Below the pieces are notes generated by a model. That model was not told the origin of the DNA, made no database searches, and worked only from the letters and a program-made list of their open reading frames with translations. This document shows positions 40,644-53,189 of a DNA stretch of 64,000 nt, piece by piece. Source of the stretch: Raillietiella orientalis (lineage: Eukaryota); contig JAYWIR010000040.1 of NCBI GenBank assembly GCA_036172245.1, positions 1,054,001 to 1,118,000 of the forward strand, read 5' to 3'. A program made the position numbers and the translations under genes. The stretch's first letter is position 1. Each line of letters starts with the position of its first letter.

Positions 40644-41398
40644 GGTCCAGCAACCGGACGAAAGCCGCCTGCGCGCTCCGCCACGAAGCATCCGCCTAGG
40701 AAGTCTCGGCATCGCCCATCCGATCGGATGCTGCAGGTCGCTCGCGTGCGATGCCAAGTTGCCGCCTGATTGGCTGATGCGCGGGAGGCGCGCGGCGCGT
40801 CGCGTTCGGGGTGCGCGCGAATATTCGCGTCACTCACGGGAGCCACGCGCGCGCAGATCGACGGGGAGCGGAGGCAGACTCGCAAGGATTCTCAGCAAAA
40901 CGCCACCAGGCTGGCGGAAAAATGGCGAACCGGGAGCATCGCTGGCTGATTCTTGCTTGTTTGCCTCTCCCGAGGACTGCAGGAACGAGAAAAGGAGGAA
41001 AGGGAAAAGACAGCAGCTGAGCGGTGAGCCGTTCCGTGTGATGGATGAGCCGCAAGTCGATGGTCGCGACACCATCGAAGCGTCGGGAGGTTGCGAAGGC
41101 ACGAGGACGGCTGTGAATCCATTAAGTGGGCGGCTGTCGACCACTTGCGGAGTTGCTGACCGATCGACCGCTTCTTCGGAAACGTCCTTGGTCCCGTGAG
41201 CACGGAAGCAATGCTGCTGCATCTGCCAGAGGGCAGCTCTACGAACGACCCGGTTTGCGTGGACGAGGAACGCCTCCGTCACGAAAGGAAGCGGGCGCAC
41301 CCGTGCCGACCACATGAGCGCTTGCCGAACGAGGAGAGGGAGCGGAAGCTGGGGGCACGAGCCAGAAGCTGGCTGCAGGTGCAGGAGGGCGCGGGCGG
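40644..41398 (+). repeat. Third copy of the 548-1302 module
   Basis: Near-identical direct repeat. It diverges exactly where the LINE begins in the arm copies (gggcgg|g vs gggcgg|t). Confidence 0.93.
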
Positions 41399-43147
41399 TG
41401 CTGACATCGGACCCTGGCCCGCGGAAGGGCGACGTCGCCACGAATGACGATGCCCCGTGAAGGGAAGACGGGCAGTGTGCGGTGTGGGCGATCTGCCCGG
41501 AAGAGAAGAGGCGACTGGGTTCGTGGGGTCACGGAGAGAGGTCGGCGGCCTGTCGATCCAAGCTGGAGACCTACCGGACGCACCACGCCAGCAAGGCTCC
41601 ACAGCGACGTGCGCCGCCCGATCCACTCAGCTTCCTCTCCGTCCGAATCGCACCTCAGTCGCGAGTTCACGCGTTTCCTTGGTAGCCACCGCGAGCTGGA
41701 GAGCAACGTTTGCAGGACGCGCTCACGGAGCGGTGTGCGTGCGCGAGAGAACGCATCTGTGTCTGTCTGCCATCTTGCTTGCATCCGTGGTCATCATCTG
41801 CAGCCGAGAACGGCACTCCAGCGCGTGCACCCCGAGTGAAGTGTCCGTGCGTTCGCAGCCATCCTGAGGCGGCAGTTCCGTCCGCATGGAGGCCCATGGT
41901 GGACGCGCGGGGATGGAATCATCGCACGCCCCATCCGTCACTTCGCATTGCCAGTGGATTCCCCCCCCCCCCTTCCACGCTGTCCGGTATCGACTTGTTC
42001 TTCGATCGCCCTCGTCGGCGAGGCGATGCCGCCGAAGACGAGAATCTTTCCCGTCGCGATGAGCTCACGCGATCTCGCGGAAGATCGGGACGCTGTGCAG
42101 GTTTCAGGACTACGGACGGCACGTGCGGTATGGGAATGCAGTTGCGTGCGTGATTCGCGGCCGAGGCAAGGCAGGGTGCGTCTGAGTAACCTCGTCCGGC
42201 GTGGGAGTCATGCGGGACTTTGGAGCGAGGCATTCGTCTGCGAGTTCACCCTCGTTCCTGGGACCTCCGAGAATCGGGTGGTCATTTCGCGTCTCCTGCG
42301 GACATTGGGAAGGCGGAACAGCTGCCTGGACCTGGATGGTCGCCAAGGCGGTGGGACCCTGGGCGTAGCTTCCGCCTCACAGAAGGCGGAGGAGCGCTGG
42401 ATCGATTTGGTTTCTGGGGAAAAAGCTGGCCATTTTCTGAATGAGGAGACCCTGTTCGATTTGAAGACGGAAATGCTGAGAAAGACGACTCGTGGCAGGG
42501 TCCCTCAGTAGGGAAAGGTACACCCTAGCACCAGATTTCTTGGAGGCCCCGGCGTACTATTCTTGCATTTGATACATTGTATTTCACTCTTTGTGCTAGA
42601 CTGACGGTCATAGGGTGGCCTTTTCTGCTTGGGCGATCCGCTGGCGCGTCGCGGGGCAGGCCACTGTGCCGCGCCCTACTCCTTTGCTTCCTGAAGACTG
42701 CGAGGAAGCGGAAGTCTTCCTGCTGGTATCAAGGGAGCAGCTGGGTCGTCTGCAGTTGCCAAGGACGGACGCTGCAGCTGCGAGCGGCCGTTTCCCGGCA
42801 GTCCTGCAGATGGCACTGAGGCTGCTTACCAGAGTGCGCGGGTGGTGCAAGAGGGAGAAACGGGGGGTAGCTGCACTTCCTGGGACGTCGGGACGGTCGA
42901 AGCAAATCATAGTTTTTGCTCTCACCGGGCAAGTGTCGCGCGCGCAGGCGCGCTCAAAACAGGGAGACTCTCAAACAGGGAGACCTGCCTACGAGTCAGG
43001 GCACGCGTGCTGGACAAACAAGCCGGTTTTGCTGCTGCTGTTGTTTTTCAAAAGACCAGTGGCGACCTCACAGGGAGATGGTTACAATTGGTCTGAGGTG
43101 GTCGGAATCCTTTTTGGTTCTTTCCTGGTTCGCTGCTTTCTTCCCAG

Positions 43148-44740
43148 TTTTTTTTTTTTTTTTTCCTTTTTTTTTCCGACTTTCTTTTTTTCGGTTGTGA
43201 GGGGGTACCGAAGAACCGTCCGCCCTTTTAGGAGGGGCTCACGAAGCCCTTGGATGTTGTCCCCGCCATCCGAGGGTGCGTGTCACTCTTCAAGTTATCG
43301 GGGGTTCCCCAGAGGGACCACCCTTTGACTCCAGGAATGCTCCGGAGGAAGGAGCTCGTCCCTCTCGCGCTTGATAGGTAACCTGAAGGGAACACGCGCC
43401 CTGGTTGTCTCTAGAAGGACTTCCCGTCATTTCTTCTCCGTAGGGACTCCCGAAAAGGATCCTCTCCTGGTTTCCCTCTCTGAAGAGAACTTCGAAGGGG
43501 GTAGCGTGCTGCTTACACTCGAGGCGATGGAAGGGTACCCCTTGAGGGGGAGTGAAGGCTCCATTTTCACGACCGAAGGGCTCCCTGATTCCTGGAAGGA
43601 CCCTGAGGCTCGACTTCCGATTTAGGCTAGTGAACGAGGCCATCCGGGAGTTTCCGGCCTCCTCCAGTGCCGCACCCTTTCCACAGTAACCTCCCATCTA
43701 GCCGCAAGGCTAGATGGGAGGTCTCCGTGGAGCTCTCCGGGAGGAGAAGAGGACTGGGGGAGTGGAAGACGGGCCAGCTCACCGACTCGGCGACCCCAGG
43801 TTCTCGATCTCGTGGACTTTTGCGTTGGGGCGTGCTAGTGCGTATTCCAGAGGGGGACCTGCAGTGGCTCCCGGCATTCATGAACACCCACACCCTTTCC
43901 TTAAAATGGCAGGAGTCGACGCTGCTGCTGCTGCTGCATAGGGTCCTCCCGTGCAACGCCCACTGGTATCATTGGACACGGGTGGGTGGACCCAAACTGT
44001 GCAAGTTTCGGGGAGTGGAAATCCCACCCGCACCTCCTAGTGGACGTATCACCCTCCGGCCCCTTTGAGGACTCTTTGCCGCGACTCTTGGAACCTCCGG
44101 CGGCAACGCAAGAGGCGTTTTCAACCGTCTCTTCCTGCGCGACACTCTTAAGCAGGCTGCATCCCCAGCAGCACTGCGCTGCGTACGCGGCAGGACCGTG
44201 GCTGCATGGAGTAACCACTCAAGAGGCCAGAGCGATAAGGACGCCATCTATTCTGCTGTCCTCTTCATGGTGATAGCGTCAAGACGGTCTTGTTTGGGAA
44301 TCGTGAAACAAGAGCTTGCCAGCATCCTTATATGAACGCCCTACAGCACCAGGTGATCCCTTCCCGAAGCCTCCCCCCCATTTTTTGACTGTATGTTTTT
44401 TGTTTTATTTCTTTTTTTCCTTTTTGTCTCCCTTTCCCTGTGCTGCCGTGGCGAACCCCGCTGGCCTGCGTGCGAGTTCCCGCAGGTTCCTTCTCGTAGT
44501 TATAAGCAACGTGGGAGAATCAAATGTTCTGCCATGTTTATTTTTTACAAATAAAGGCCCTGTCATGACAGGGCGTCAACCAGTGTCGCACCCGAATGCA
44601 GGCCAGCCAGCGTCATCTTGCGGACACGAATCGAACCCACGATGCACCCCCTATTTCCCTGGCGTCGGCGTCCCACGTGGGGATTCGAACCCGCGACGCT
44701 TGGTGCCACGTGCGCGAAGGTCGCGGACTCCGAAATCGAC
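43148..44740 (-). mobile_element. tRNA-derived SINE (same family as 57021-57423) split by a LINE insertion: head ~44594-44740, body and poly(A) 43148-43677
   Basis: The minus strand has two B-boxes (gggttcgaatccc, gggttcgattc). On the other side of the LINE, cggaagtcgagcctcagggtccttccaggaatcagggag matches 57231-57269. The poly(A) appears as a T-run at 43148-43191. Confidence 0.75.
43678..44579 (+). mobile_element. 5'-truncated L1/Tx1-like LINE fragment with a 14-bp target-site duplication
   Basis: LKWQESTLLLLLHRVLPCNAHWYHWTR..C motif. Flanked by ccagtgccgcaccc (43664-43677) and ccagtgtcgcaccc (44580-44593). Confidence 0.85.
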
Positions 44741-46479
44741 CGGTTTCGGAAAGCAAGATGCCTTGCAGGTGCGAAGTCTCGTGGATCCGAGGGCGAGCAA
44801 GGAAGATTGCGGGCGCCTGCAGGCATGAAAATCCCCTGGAGCGAAATGCGTCGAGGCCCAAGCCGACAATGTGGAGTCACCCGGAAGACGAACGGGAAAG
44901 GCAGAGAGAAGAACCAGAAGACAAACCAGGCAGGAAAAAAAAGAAAAAAGCAACAATAAAAAAAAAAAAAACACGCCTTAAATTTCAGTATGGCGTTTCG
45001 TGTTGCTTTTTTCAAAAAAAGAAAAAAGAAATCGAAATGCTCTTCCACTAGAACGCGTGGATGTGACGTACCAGCCGGTAGGCGGAACATGGTCATCCGA
45101 TTACACGTTAACCGCTCGATGGGACCGACGTTTTCTCCGTCCGATGCAGCTCGAGAGACTGCCGTCTTCGGATGAGAGGCCTCCGCTGATGGCGCAGTAA
45201 TGTCGGTCGTGAGAACCTCGTCCGCCCCCGACGGTAAAGAGGCGAAGGTGCGGAATTCTGCGCGCTGGCCAACGAAGGTGCGTCTTTTGTTCCAGGGGTC
45301 ATTTCGTGAAGCCTCGTGCGGATCGTGAAGCGAGGAGGCCCGGAGGGAAACGCGCGGACCTTTTGTTGTTGGTGTTCCCCCCCCCCCTCCTGTTTGTGCC
45401 TTTCTCGTCTTCCTTTTCCTGCCGTCGCTCGGAGCTGCTCCCCCCCCCCGTCCCCCCAGATTGCGGCTTCGTTCCTGGCGGAAGCTTCTCTCGGTCCAGA
45501 CGTTCGGCGGGAAAGCGTGACCGCGCGCGCGCGAAACACGCGATGCCACCGCCTCGCGGGTGCTGCTGCCTCCGAGGCAAAAAACCAGCTCCACTTCCCG
45601 GCCGAGCACCTTTTCCTCTGCTCTGGTGAGTTCTCCGCTACCCGCCTCCCTGCTCCTCGAAGACGGAGACGTCTGAGAGGAGAGGACACGTGCGACCCCT
45701 CGTATAGACTTCGCTCCCCTCTGGCAGGCGGCCGCTCGCCACGCGACCAGCTACCTCGCAGCCTCATGGGGCGTCGCCGGGAGTTCGAGGATTCAAGACA
45801 CAAACGGAGAAAAGAGCGCGGGAAAGGCACGAAGACAGCCAAGGAAAGAGGACGATGAACTCCTTGCATGAGTTCCTCGATCCATCATTGCTGTCGTTGT
45901 TGTTCCTTTTCCGTGGTCATGTCCCGTGAGCGCATCCGGGCTCCCCATGGACATGCCTGTCCCTTGGCGACTCTCGTGCCAGTTTTCACGAAACCTTTCC
46001 GTTCCAAATCAGCTCTCCCTGCTCCTGGAAGAGTCCGTCGCCCAGCTCGGATTCCCGCGAAGGTCACCCCACCGCCGACGGAACACGGCTCTTGCGCCTT
46101 ACCGGATGCATCCCTTCCGTGGTCGTTCTAGAAAATGTCCTCGATGAAATCCAGGATTTTCGCGCTCTGGAAGAAGGGACCTTTCTCCCTGACTCTTTCA
46201 CCCAAGCTGGCTGGACAGAGAGAGTATTCTGGAAACACCAGGGGGAGCAAGACGGCTTCCGGGATGAATCCCAGGGTGCCGGATTTCGGAGCACACAGCT
46301 TCAAGACGAGGGTGGAGAAGCCAGATGAGAATTCCAATAGAGGAGTTCCGACGCCGGATCCATATTAGGCGATACGAGCGCCCCTCCCTCCATTTCAAAC
46401 CCCTTAGGCAAGGTTTGGGCATCTTCTGCAGAGGACGCACGGAACCGCCCTGACACCGAAGCGCCCACTGGACTCTCCG

Positions 46480-46840
46480 GCTAGAAGTGCTCTACACAGA
46501 AGTCTTCCGGAAGACTACCAACCCGTAGACCTGTTCACCATGAAACTCTAGCGAGTAGGGCTGGAGTAACCGCAGAAACCCCTGGCTCCGAACGGCTGAG
46601 GATCCCAGCGGCGGAGGTGAGTCCTCCTCCGCATGAAACACCTCGCCACCCCCTATCCCTTGGACACCCGTCGCGGACCAGCCCTGCCATAACCACGACG
46701 AAGCTGTACAGATGGTGGAGCTGCTCAGCCAGGTGTCTGAGCGGTGCCTGACTGACAAGGAGATGCAGTTGCGGATTGCCGTCGATCGATTCTCAAAGAC
46801 AAGTAGCAGAGGAAAGGAAAAGCCTTCCTAGGGGAGAGGA
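46480..46840 (+). mobile_element. Possible very decayed non-LTR reverse-transcriptase fragment
   Basis: LPEDYQPVDLF resembles NYRPISL, and CLTDKEMQLRIAVDRFS resembles FL..R...V.V....S. Many stops and frameshifts. Confidence 0.22.
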
Positions 46841-47599
46841 GGTGCATGCCAAATTCCCGATTCCACCATGTCGATCCGAATGCACCGCAGCAAGCATCAG
46901 GGATATACTTCTGCATGGCTTTGTTGGGACGCTGGGCTGAGTCCGTCGAGCCACAAGAAAAGAGATGGAAGAGTCCTCCTGCAGCTCATCCGGAGACGCC
47001 GCTCACGGGAATAATCACACCGACGGCGAAATTCCCGCCACACTGTAGAGAAAATGCTGGATGGGGGGGGGGGGGGGGGGGGGGAAGATGGATTGATGAA
47101 AATGGCGCTCTCCACAATAGAAGGAACTTTCGGTTCATGTGGAGTGCGTGCGGCAATGCGTTGGTTGTCTGATTCTTCCCTAACGAATGTCCTCCCGCAT
47201 TTCGTAAGGACGACGCTCAGGACTGCTGTTCTACTCCCGACTCGAAATTCCTGCCACAAGCAACTTCCTGCACCTTCCTCTGATTGGCTGATGCGCGGCT
47301 TCCCTGATGTTCTATCGCCCCTTCACGCGGCAGTCCCCAGGAAAAGTAGGCGTTCGTTCCTGCTATAAATGGGAAGATCACGAGGCATGAGTACCCCACT
47401 TGCTTTTCTTCTGCTCTTCGAAGGGTTTTTTCTCGTCTTCAAAAGTCCAAAGCTTCCCCTCGGAGGAAGTGGAGTCGAAATGTTCTGTTGCTGCATTTAA
47501 CAGTAGCTTTTCTTTTGATGCTGAACGCGTCATGGTTTCCAAACCTCTTAGGATATCTTGCATCTCTGTGGAAGTTCGCGTCATCACGTTCAAGGAGCA

Positions 47600-48155
47600 C
47601 CTTCTTCGCAAAAATCACACTTCGCGGTCGATTCTCCGTTCCAAGTTTCATCCAACCCTTTCGTACAACTCTCACGGTACAGTCCTTTCTGCGATCTCCA
47701 GTGGAAGCGCGTCCACAGTGAGACGGCTGACCTACAAACTCGGTTTCATTCGAACGAATTTCCAAAGGATTTCAGATAGACCGTCTAAGGGGAAAAGCTG
47801 AAGCTGCAACTACCAAACCCACTCGTTTGCACATGCCGAGCATATCGAGAATCGTTTCTTACTCCGCGCTGCAAGGAAACCGAGCGCCCTTCCTACTATC
47901 TCAAAGACTGCTGAAAGGTCAAAGGGCGCTGTGTGTTCAGTCCATTACCTTTCGATCGCCGACTGCCGCTTTTCCACTCCGCATCCTTGTCGTCAACAGC
48001 TTCCGTCAGTTCCATCGCAAGTCAGGCTAATCAGCGCGAGTACCCCTTATGCAACCCATTCGCTCGCTCTTTGGATGAATTCCGTCAGCAAATACATCGG
48101 TGCTCTTCCATATGTCAGTGCCTTCCCTGGGTGGTACGCGAACCAGGGCTGGTGA
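47600..48155 (+). mobile_element. Possible decayed Penelope-like RT N-terminal fragment
   Basis: In order: SILRSKFHPT (GLKF.PT-like), TISKTAERSKGAV..Y (I..ADKGGAV-like), VRLISASTPYATHSLALW (RPIVS...T..LAKW-like). Confidence 0.3.
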
Positions 48156-48699
48156 GCATCTTCCTGTGACCTCAGTAACTTTCAAGCTGCTCACGCGCTT
48201 TCATGACGGCTGCGGTAGTAGGAAATGCAGCATCACTACGAACTACGCACATGAGCTTTTTCGGATGAAATTCTTTCTGCTTGATGTAAGAGCGCATCCG
48301 GGATCTCTTCGTTTCGTCACCTGACGCTGGAAGGATCTCCGCCGCTCCCGTGAGCACTCGCGGGACTGTGGGGAGCACACCAAAGTGGTATCGTGGTGGG
48401 TTCGGTAGATGGGAACTCGTCGAGATGAGGGGAGAAGATGAATCGCTCCCTCCCCCCTCCCTCCCCCCCCCCCCCGAGATGTGCACGAAAGCTCGCTTTT
48501 CTCCCTAAAGGTGGGGGTCACGCATCCCCTGGGGTCCTCCGGCAGCCTGGTCGGCCTCAACGCGAGCTGGCAAAAGCGGGGGGTATCCGCCACCACCACG
48601 GAGCAGCGGACACCTCCTCCCCCTCGGAGTGCACCGCGACAAGACGATCACGTCTCGGTGTTTCCGAATTCTCGGATTGTGAATCACCGGCAGAAGTGG

Positions 48700-48895
48700 G
48701 TTACGTCAGTTCGCGAAGTGTGTTCGTCCGTGCAGTGGATGTGCGCGTTGCCGGAGCAACCGTCCCGACGAAGTTGCTCCCTGGAAGTCATGAAGTTGGT
48801 GTTCGGCTTGCCGGTTGTCGGGATCACCTGCCGTCAGGTTGTCGTTTGCCGGGTGTCGGGCATGTGAAGAAGGGAATTTTGATGAGTGATAGCAG
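48700..48895 (+). promoter_or_regulatory. Candidate TSS and non-coding first exon of the LRRFIP-like gene
   Basis: Inr-like tcagtt near 48706 in CpG-rich sequence, donor-like cag|gtatcc at 48895/48896, then a shift to AT-rich intron-like sequence ending at the acceptor before 50235. Confidence 0.4.
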
Positions 48896-48989
48896 GTATC
48901 CGAAACTATCAGATAAGGAATTTCAAGGTTACCGATGTTTTCGTGGTCAGTTCACATGCTTGCACATCCCTTGGTACGTAGAGTTTTTG

Positions 48990-49030
48990 CAGAGAGAGAG
49001 AGAGAGGAAAAAAATATATATATATATATA
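48990..49030. repeat. (GA)n and (TA)n microsatellites; also (TG)n near 49472-49489 and a G-run at 47063-47084
   Basis: Directly visible simple repeats. Confidence 0.9.
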
Positions 49031-50244
49031 GCACTGCGACAGTGGAAAAAAAAGGAAAAAAAAAAAGGTTGCTTCGACACATAGGATTGCAATTGTACAT
49101 AATTAGATGGGATGGCGATTACACCCTTCAGTTTCGTTGTGGTCAAAACTCGCATTCGAAAATGTGCACGCGAACTGGTGAAATGGGACATGGAAAAAGG
49201 AACGTGAGATTGCACCTTGCCATTTCAGAGGAAAATCTAGCTTATGATTCTTTGCCTTCTGTATTGAATGTACAGTTTAAGAGTAGACTGAAGTAACGTA
49301 CTGTAGAGCTTAGAAATGAGACTGCTTAGCCAGTTCAAAGAATATGGGAAACCTACCGTCAGGTGGAGATGACAAGAAAATGGTATTATAGTAATGCTAT
49401 GTTGATTTATTTCGATAAATGTGGCAGTTCACCCATTTAGCATAGTTGTATGTGAATCCCAATTTGAACAGTGTGTGTGTGTGTGTGTGATCTCGTGGGT
49501 TGTCCAGTTGTAAAAAGCTCAGCCCATCGTAATATTTTTAGAAGATGAATATAAATATCAATTTCAGAAATCGTTGGAATGGTTGTTGACTTCCTTGTTT
49601 GATTCAAAAGCCATATGTGATATCTCAAGTTATTTAGAATCCCACAATTGAGCTCATATTAATCCGGTAGTTCTCCATAAAAATTTTGCCTAATGTATTA
49701 GTGCTGCATGCTCTTTTGCTTACCATCTCTGGTCCAGTTTTCGTTAGATTGATTTTACATTTTTAATAAAGCACAAAAGATTTATACCAAAGCACGATTT
49801 TAGGAAATCATATTGAAAGTTCGAGAGGTGTATTGTAGTTATAGATATCTAGCAGAGTACAAACATTTCTGTAGTTCTTCATAAAGATGTGATGTTATTT
49901 CAGCTGTAAAGTGAATTTGCAATGTATCTGTGATATGTTCTGTGCATGAACTGAATTTTCTAAAACAGATTTATTATTCCTGCCAAGAGCTTCCTATTTT
50001 TGTGTACTTTCCATGCATTCATGATGTAAGATAGAATATTCAAGACTACATGAGATGAATTACGTTCTTTAGAGGGTGGTAAATAATTTTTTATTGTTAC
50101 TATTTGCATTGCTCATGTTGGAATTTTAGAGTTTTTTTGTTTTTTTTTTGTCTTTTGGGGAAAATAGCTTGCACTGCCTCAACCTTTGGTTTGCAGCTAA
50201 AGTGGACTGGTATAAATGTAACCTGGTTTTTCAGATCCCTAAAA

Positions 50245-50334
50245 ATGGAACACCCATGTGGTGGTGGCAGACGGCGTTCCATAATGTATCAGTATTCAAC
50301 AGAGGATCAAGTTTTTGATGAAATTGCTAAAGAT
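50245..50334 (+). CDS. LRRFIP: First coding exon of a leucine-rich repeat flightless-interacting protein (LRRFIP-like); later exons not found in the window
   Basis: Acceptor tttttcag ending at 50234, then 90 nt encoding MEHPCGGGRRRSIMYQYSTEDQVFDEIAKD and a gtaagt donor. Resembles the LRRFIP N-terminus (GRKR...FSAEDEALSNIARE) just before AEARL. Confidence 0.75.
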
Positions 50335-52031
50335 GTAAGTGATTTCAGCTTGATTTAAAAAATTTGCATGCTTATGGGAGTCTGTGAATTTTGTTAGATA
50401 TTTCAGATATTATTATATCATTTCTTTTTCACTGTTTCTTAAAATTATGGCAATCATAGTGAATTACACAAATTCTCCAGTTGTCATTACATGGACTGTT
50501 CTCCAAATTATGGTTTCCAAAATCTGTGGAGATAAGTACCATCATTAGTGCCATCGCAAAATTGAATAATTTTGGTTAATGATCATCTTGGTATATCCTT
50601 TTAAGGAAAAGATTTTGATCAAGTGCAATAGATTGGATGTAGTCTCTGTAACAGTGAATGCTTGTGAAGGATGTAGCTGCTGATTGAATTGATTAGATTT
50701 GCTTTTATTTCTTTATAGACGTCTGTTTCATTTTTCATTCTAATCTTCTCTAATTATTGTGCTGCATTAAATCAAAGCTTTCTGCATGGTAACTGGACGA
50801 TTATTATTCAACTGTTTCATGGTAATTAAGCTTGTAGTAGTCTTTAGTTTCTGGTCTATTCAATTCGGATATGCTGCATTCATGGAACTGTTCAATTGCA
50901 GTTTTCAAATGTGTTCTATGCTGTGTTACCTTTAGAAAGTTCATTGGTAAAATTGTGAATTTCAAGTAGCAAAGTAATCAAGCCATAGAATCCCAAATGG
51001 CATTTCATTCATTCTCATTGTTTGTGTAATATTATGTAATTATGATGGAATTTAAGTCAAAATATCTCCTTTTGGTATTGTATCTTCTTAAGTACATTTA
51101 CATGTGGATTTTGTATAGCTTTGTCAGTCTGTTATTGCTGTTCATACATAGGTTGCTTATTCCAGTGTATATCCGTTAACTTTCGTTTCCAAAGTGTTTT
51201 CTACAGGTTTGATTATGAATCATCCTGCTTCTCATGTGTGATGGGTGGGCCATTTCTGTATAGTCAGCTATTTCATCCACATCAACATATTTTCAACTTT
51301 TGGGTCCATGATTCTAGTGACATGATTTAATGTGTAGATTGCAGTGTGAAATTAATTTAAGAATGAATTACACATTCTAGTTTTCATTTTGAATTTTTAT
51401 ATTCTTCATTTATTTTTTGTGAATACTGAATGATGTGCATATCCAGTTGCTTGTCCATAATTACTTCATTATATTTGCAGAACCATGACTTGCATAAAAT
51501 ATTTTAGTGCTTTTTTCTCAACAAATGTGTTTTCGTTTGGATGTAAAGTTGTTGATTTGAAATGCAGGTGAGAGCACTCTTAAAGTGTGACCAACATTCT
51601 GCAGTGGCTTATATACTAGACTGTTTAGTTATTCATTTGAGTTGTTTGTAGAAATTGTGTTACTCAGTATCTATGCATTCAATTTTTTTGAAGACAGTTG
51701 CTGGTAGCTTACTTTCTTTTAGTAAATGATTAAGCTATTGTAGCAAATGTAGTATAGGCCAAACTTGCATGCAGTAACTATTTTGTTTCTTGCTTGGGAA
51801 AGTATTTAAGACTTAATTTTAGTTATGTAATAGACTTGATTTTTATAAGTTTGTGATTCACGTTTGGTGTTTTATCGGGTTAATTACTACTATAATATTT
51901 GTGTTTAGCATTTGAATAAGTAACCAAACTGAATTTCTATGTTCTGGATTTCTCTAATCCAGTTGCCATCACCATGGGTAGATAGATCTGATTTCAATTT
52001 ACTTCAATTTTTAATTACTAATTTAATTTTT

Positions 52032-52149
52032 ATTTGTGAAGAAAATACGTGTTCACACTTTGTATGGCAGATAACTATCCATTGTGCGCATATTCATATG
52101 ATAAAATAATCTGCCATACAAAGTGTGAACACGTATTTTCTTCACAAAT
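52032..52149. repeat. Perfect 41-bp inverted repeat with a 36-nt loop (mini-MITE or intronic hairpin)
   Basis: atttgtgaagaaaatacgtgttcacactttgtatggcagat (52032-52072) and its exact reverse complement (52109-52149). Confidence 0.95.
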
Positions 52150-52759
52150 TTTCATTTCAGAATTAGAGAACACATTTTATTGTAATAGCCCTTTCTTCCA
52201 CATCAAGTTTTATGAGATTCTCTCTGAAAAAAAAATCCCGATACCTTCCCATCCCTGTTTACGTTTTGAGTTTGTATACTATTTTGCATAAAAGTTTGTG
52301 AGAGCCTTTTGAGGCCTCACAAAACTGAGGGCAGGCCTCCAGGGTCCCCGAGGCAAAAGAAACTGAAAATTCTCAAGCAAACACTGAATAAATGTAGGTA
52401 TCAGTGGTTATTTCATGGAAGCATTGCATGTTCATTGGATCATTAATCAGCGAAATTGGAAATAATTCGCTTTGGTAAGCCATAGTGCATTATTAATTGC
52501 TGTACATTTCCAGCGAGCAAATTCATAATTTATGTCTTTGACTTGAGCATTTGAGTCCCAATATATGATTGAAGGGTCCCAACATTCTGGTGCAGTTTCT
52601 CTCTCTAGATAGGAAACGATAAATATGTTTGCAGTCCGTGGGTTGGGATGTAAAACTGTATTTTCTGTAATAAAAGGGGTGGGGGGGAGGAGACTTAGGT
52701 AAACTCAGGACATGAGTAGACTCGAAGTAAGCTTCGAAGAAGAGAATTTTTTTTCCATA

Positions 52760-53189
52760 CATCTCTCAGTAGACATGATTGCCAACTCAAGAGGCTGACG
52801 GCATGTTTGTTGTTGCATAAAGTGGAAACAGGAGCCAGCGATGTTTGTATTTTCTTGCTGTTTAGATGGTTCGAACGAGTATGTGGCATTTTTGAGGAAC
52901 GCAACTCTGAAGCAGAATCGGAAATCTTATCTGCCTGAAGCTCCAGAGGACATGTGAGGAAATCTAAGCATTCGGTTGTGCAAAGCCTTTTGTAATCTCC
53001 CAATTCGTAATATGCTTTTGTAAATTGGTGCATAAAGAAACGCTTGCCACAGTTGAGACTGCGTGTGCTTAGTCTTTGGCGCCCACGGCAGTGTCCGCAA
53101 CGAGCATGGCAGTCTTGTTTCGAGTAAGGAATAATTTTCGATGTGTCAAGCAAAGATGACATGTCGATTCGTGATGGTAAGTAAGGCAT
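52760..53189 (-). mobile_element. Decayed Penelope-like GIY-YIG endonuclease region
   Basis: PYLPS...CHARCGHC...LCTTECLDFLTCPLELQ..ISDSASELRSSKMPH follows the PLE order PY.P / C..RC..C / C.T.NVVYLI.CP....YVGET...LR.R...H, with the core motif eroded. Confidence 0.45.

Noticed and set aside
44600..44720. tRNA gene candidates (GTTCGA boxes here and at 57080-57141)
   Set aside because: No complete cloverleaf; better explained as SINE heads.
47364..47801. TATA followed by a signal-peptide-like MSTPLAFLLLFEGFF ORF
   Set aside because: It needs a frameshift, the TATA is too close to the ATG, and the downstream part overlaps the putative Penelope-like remnant.
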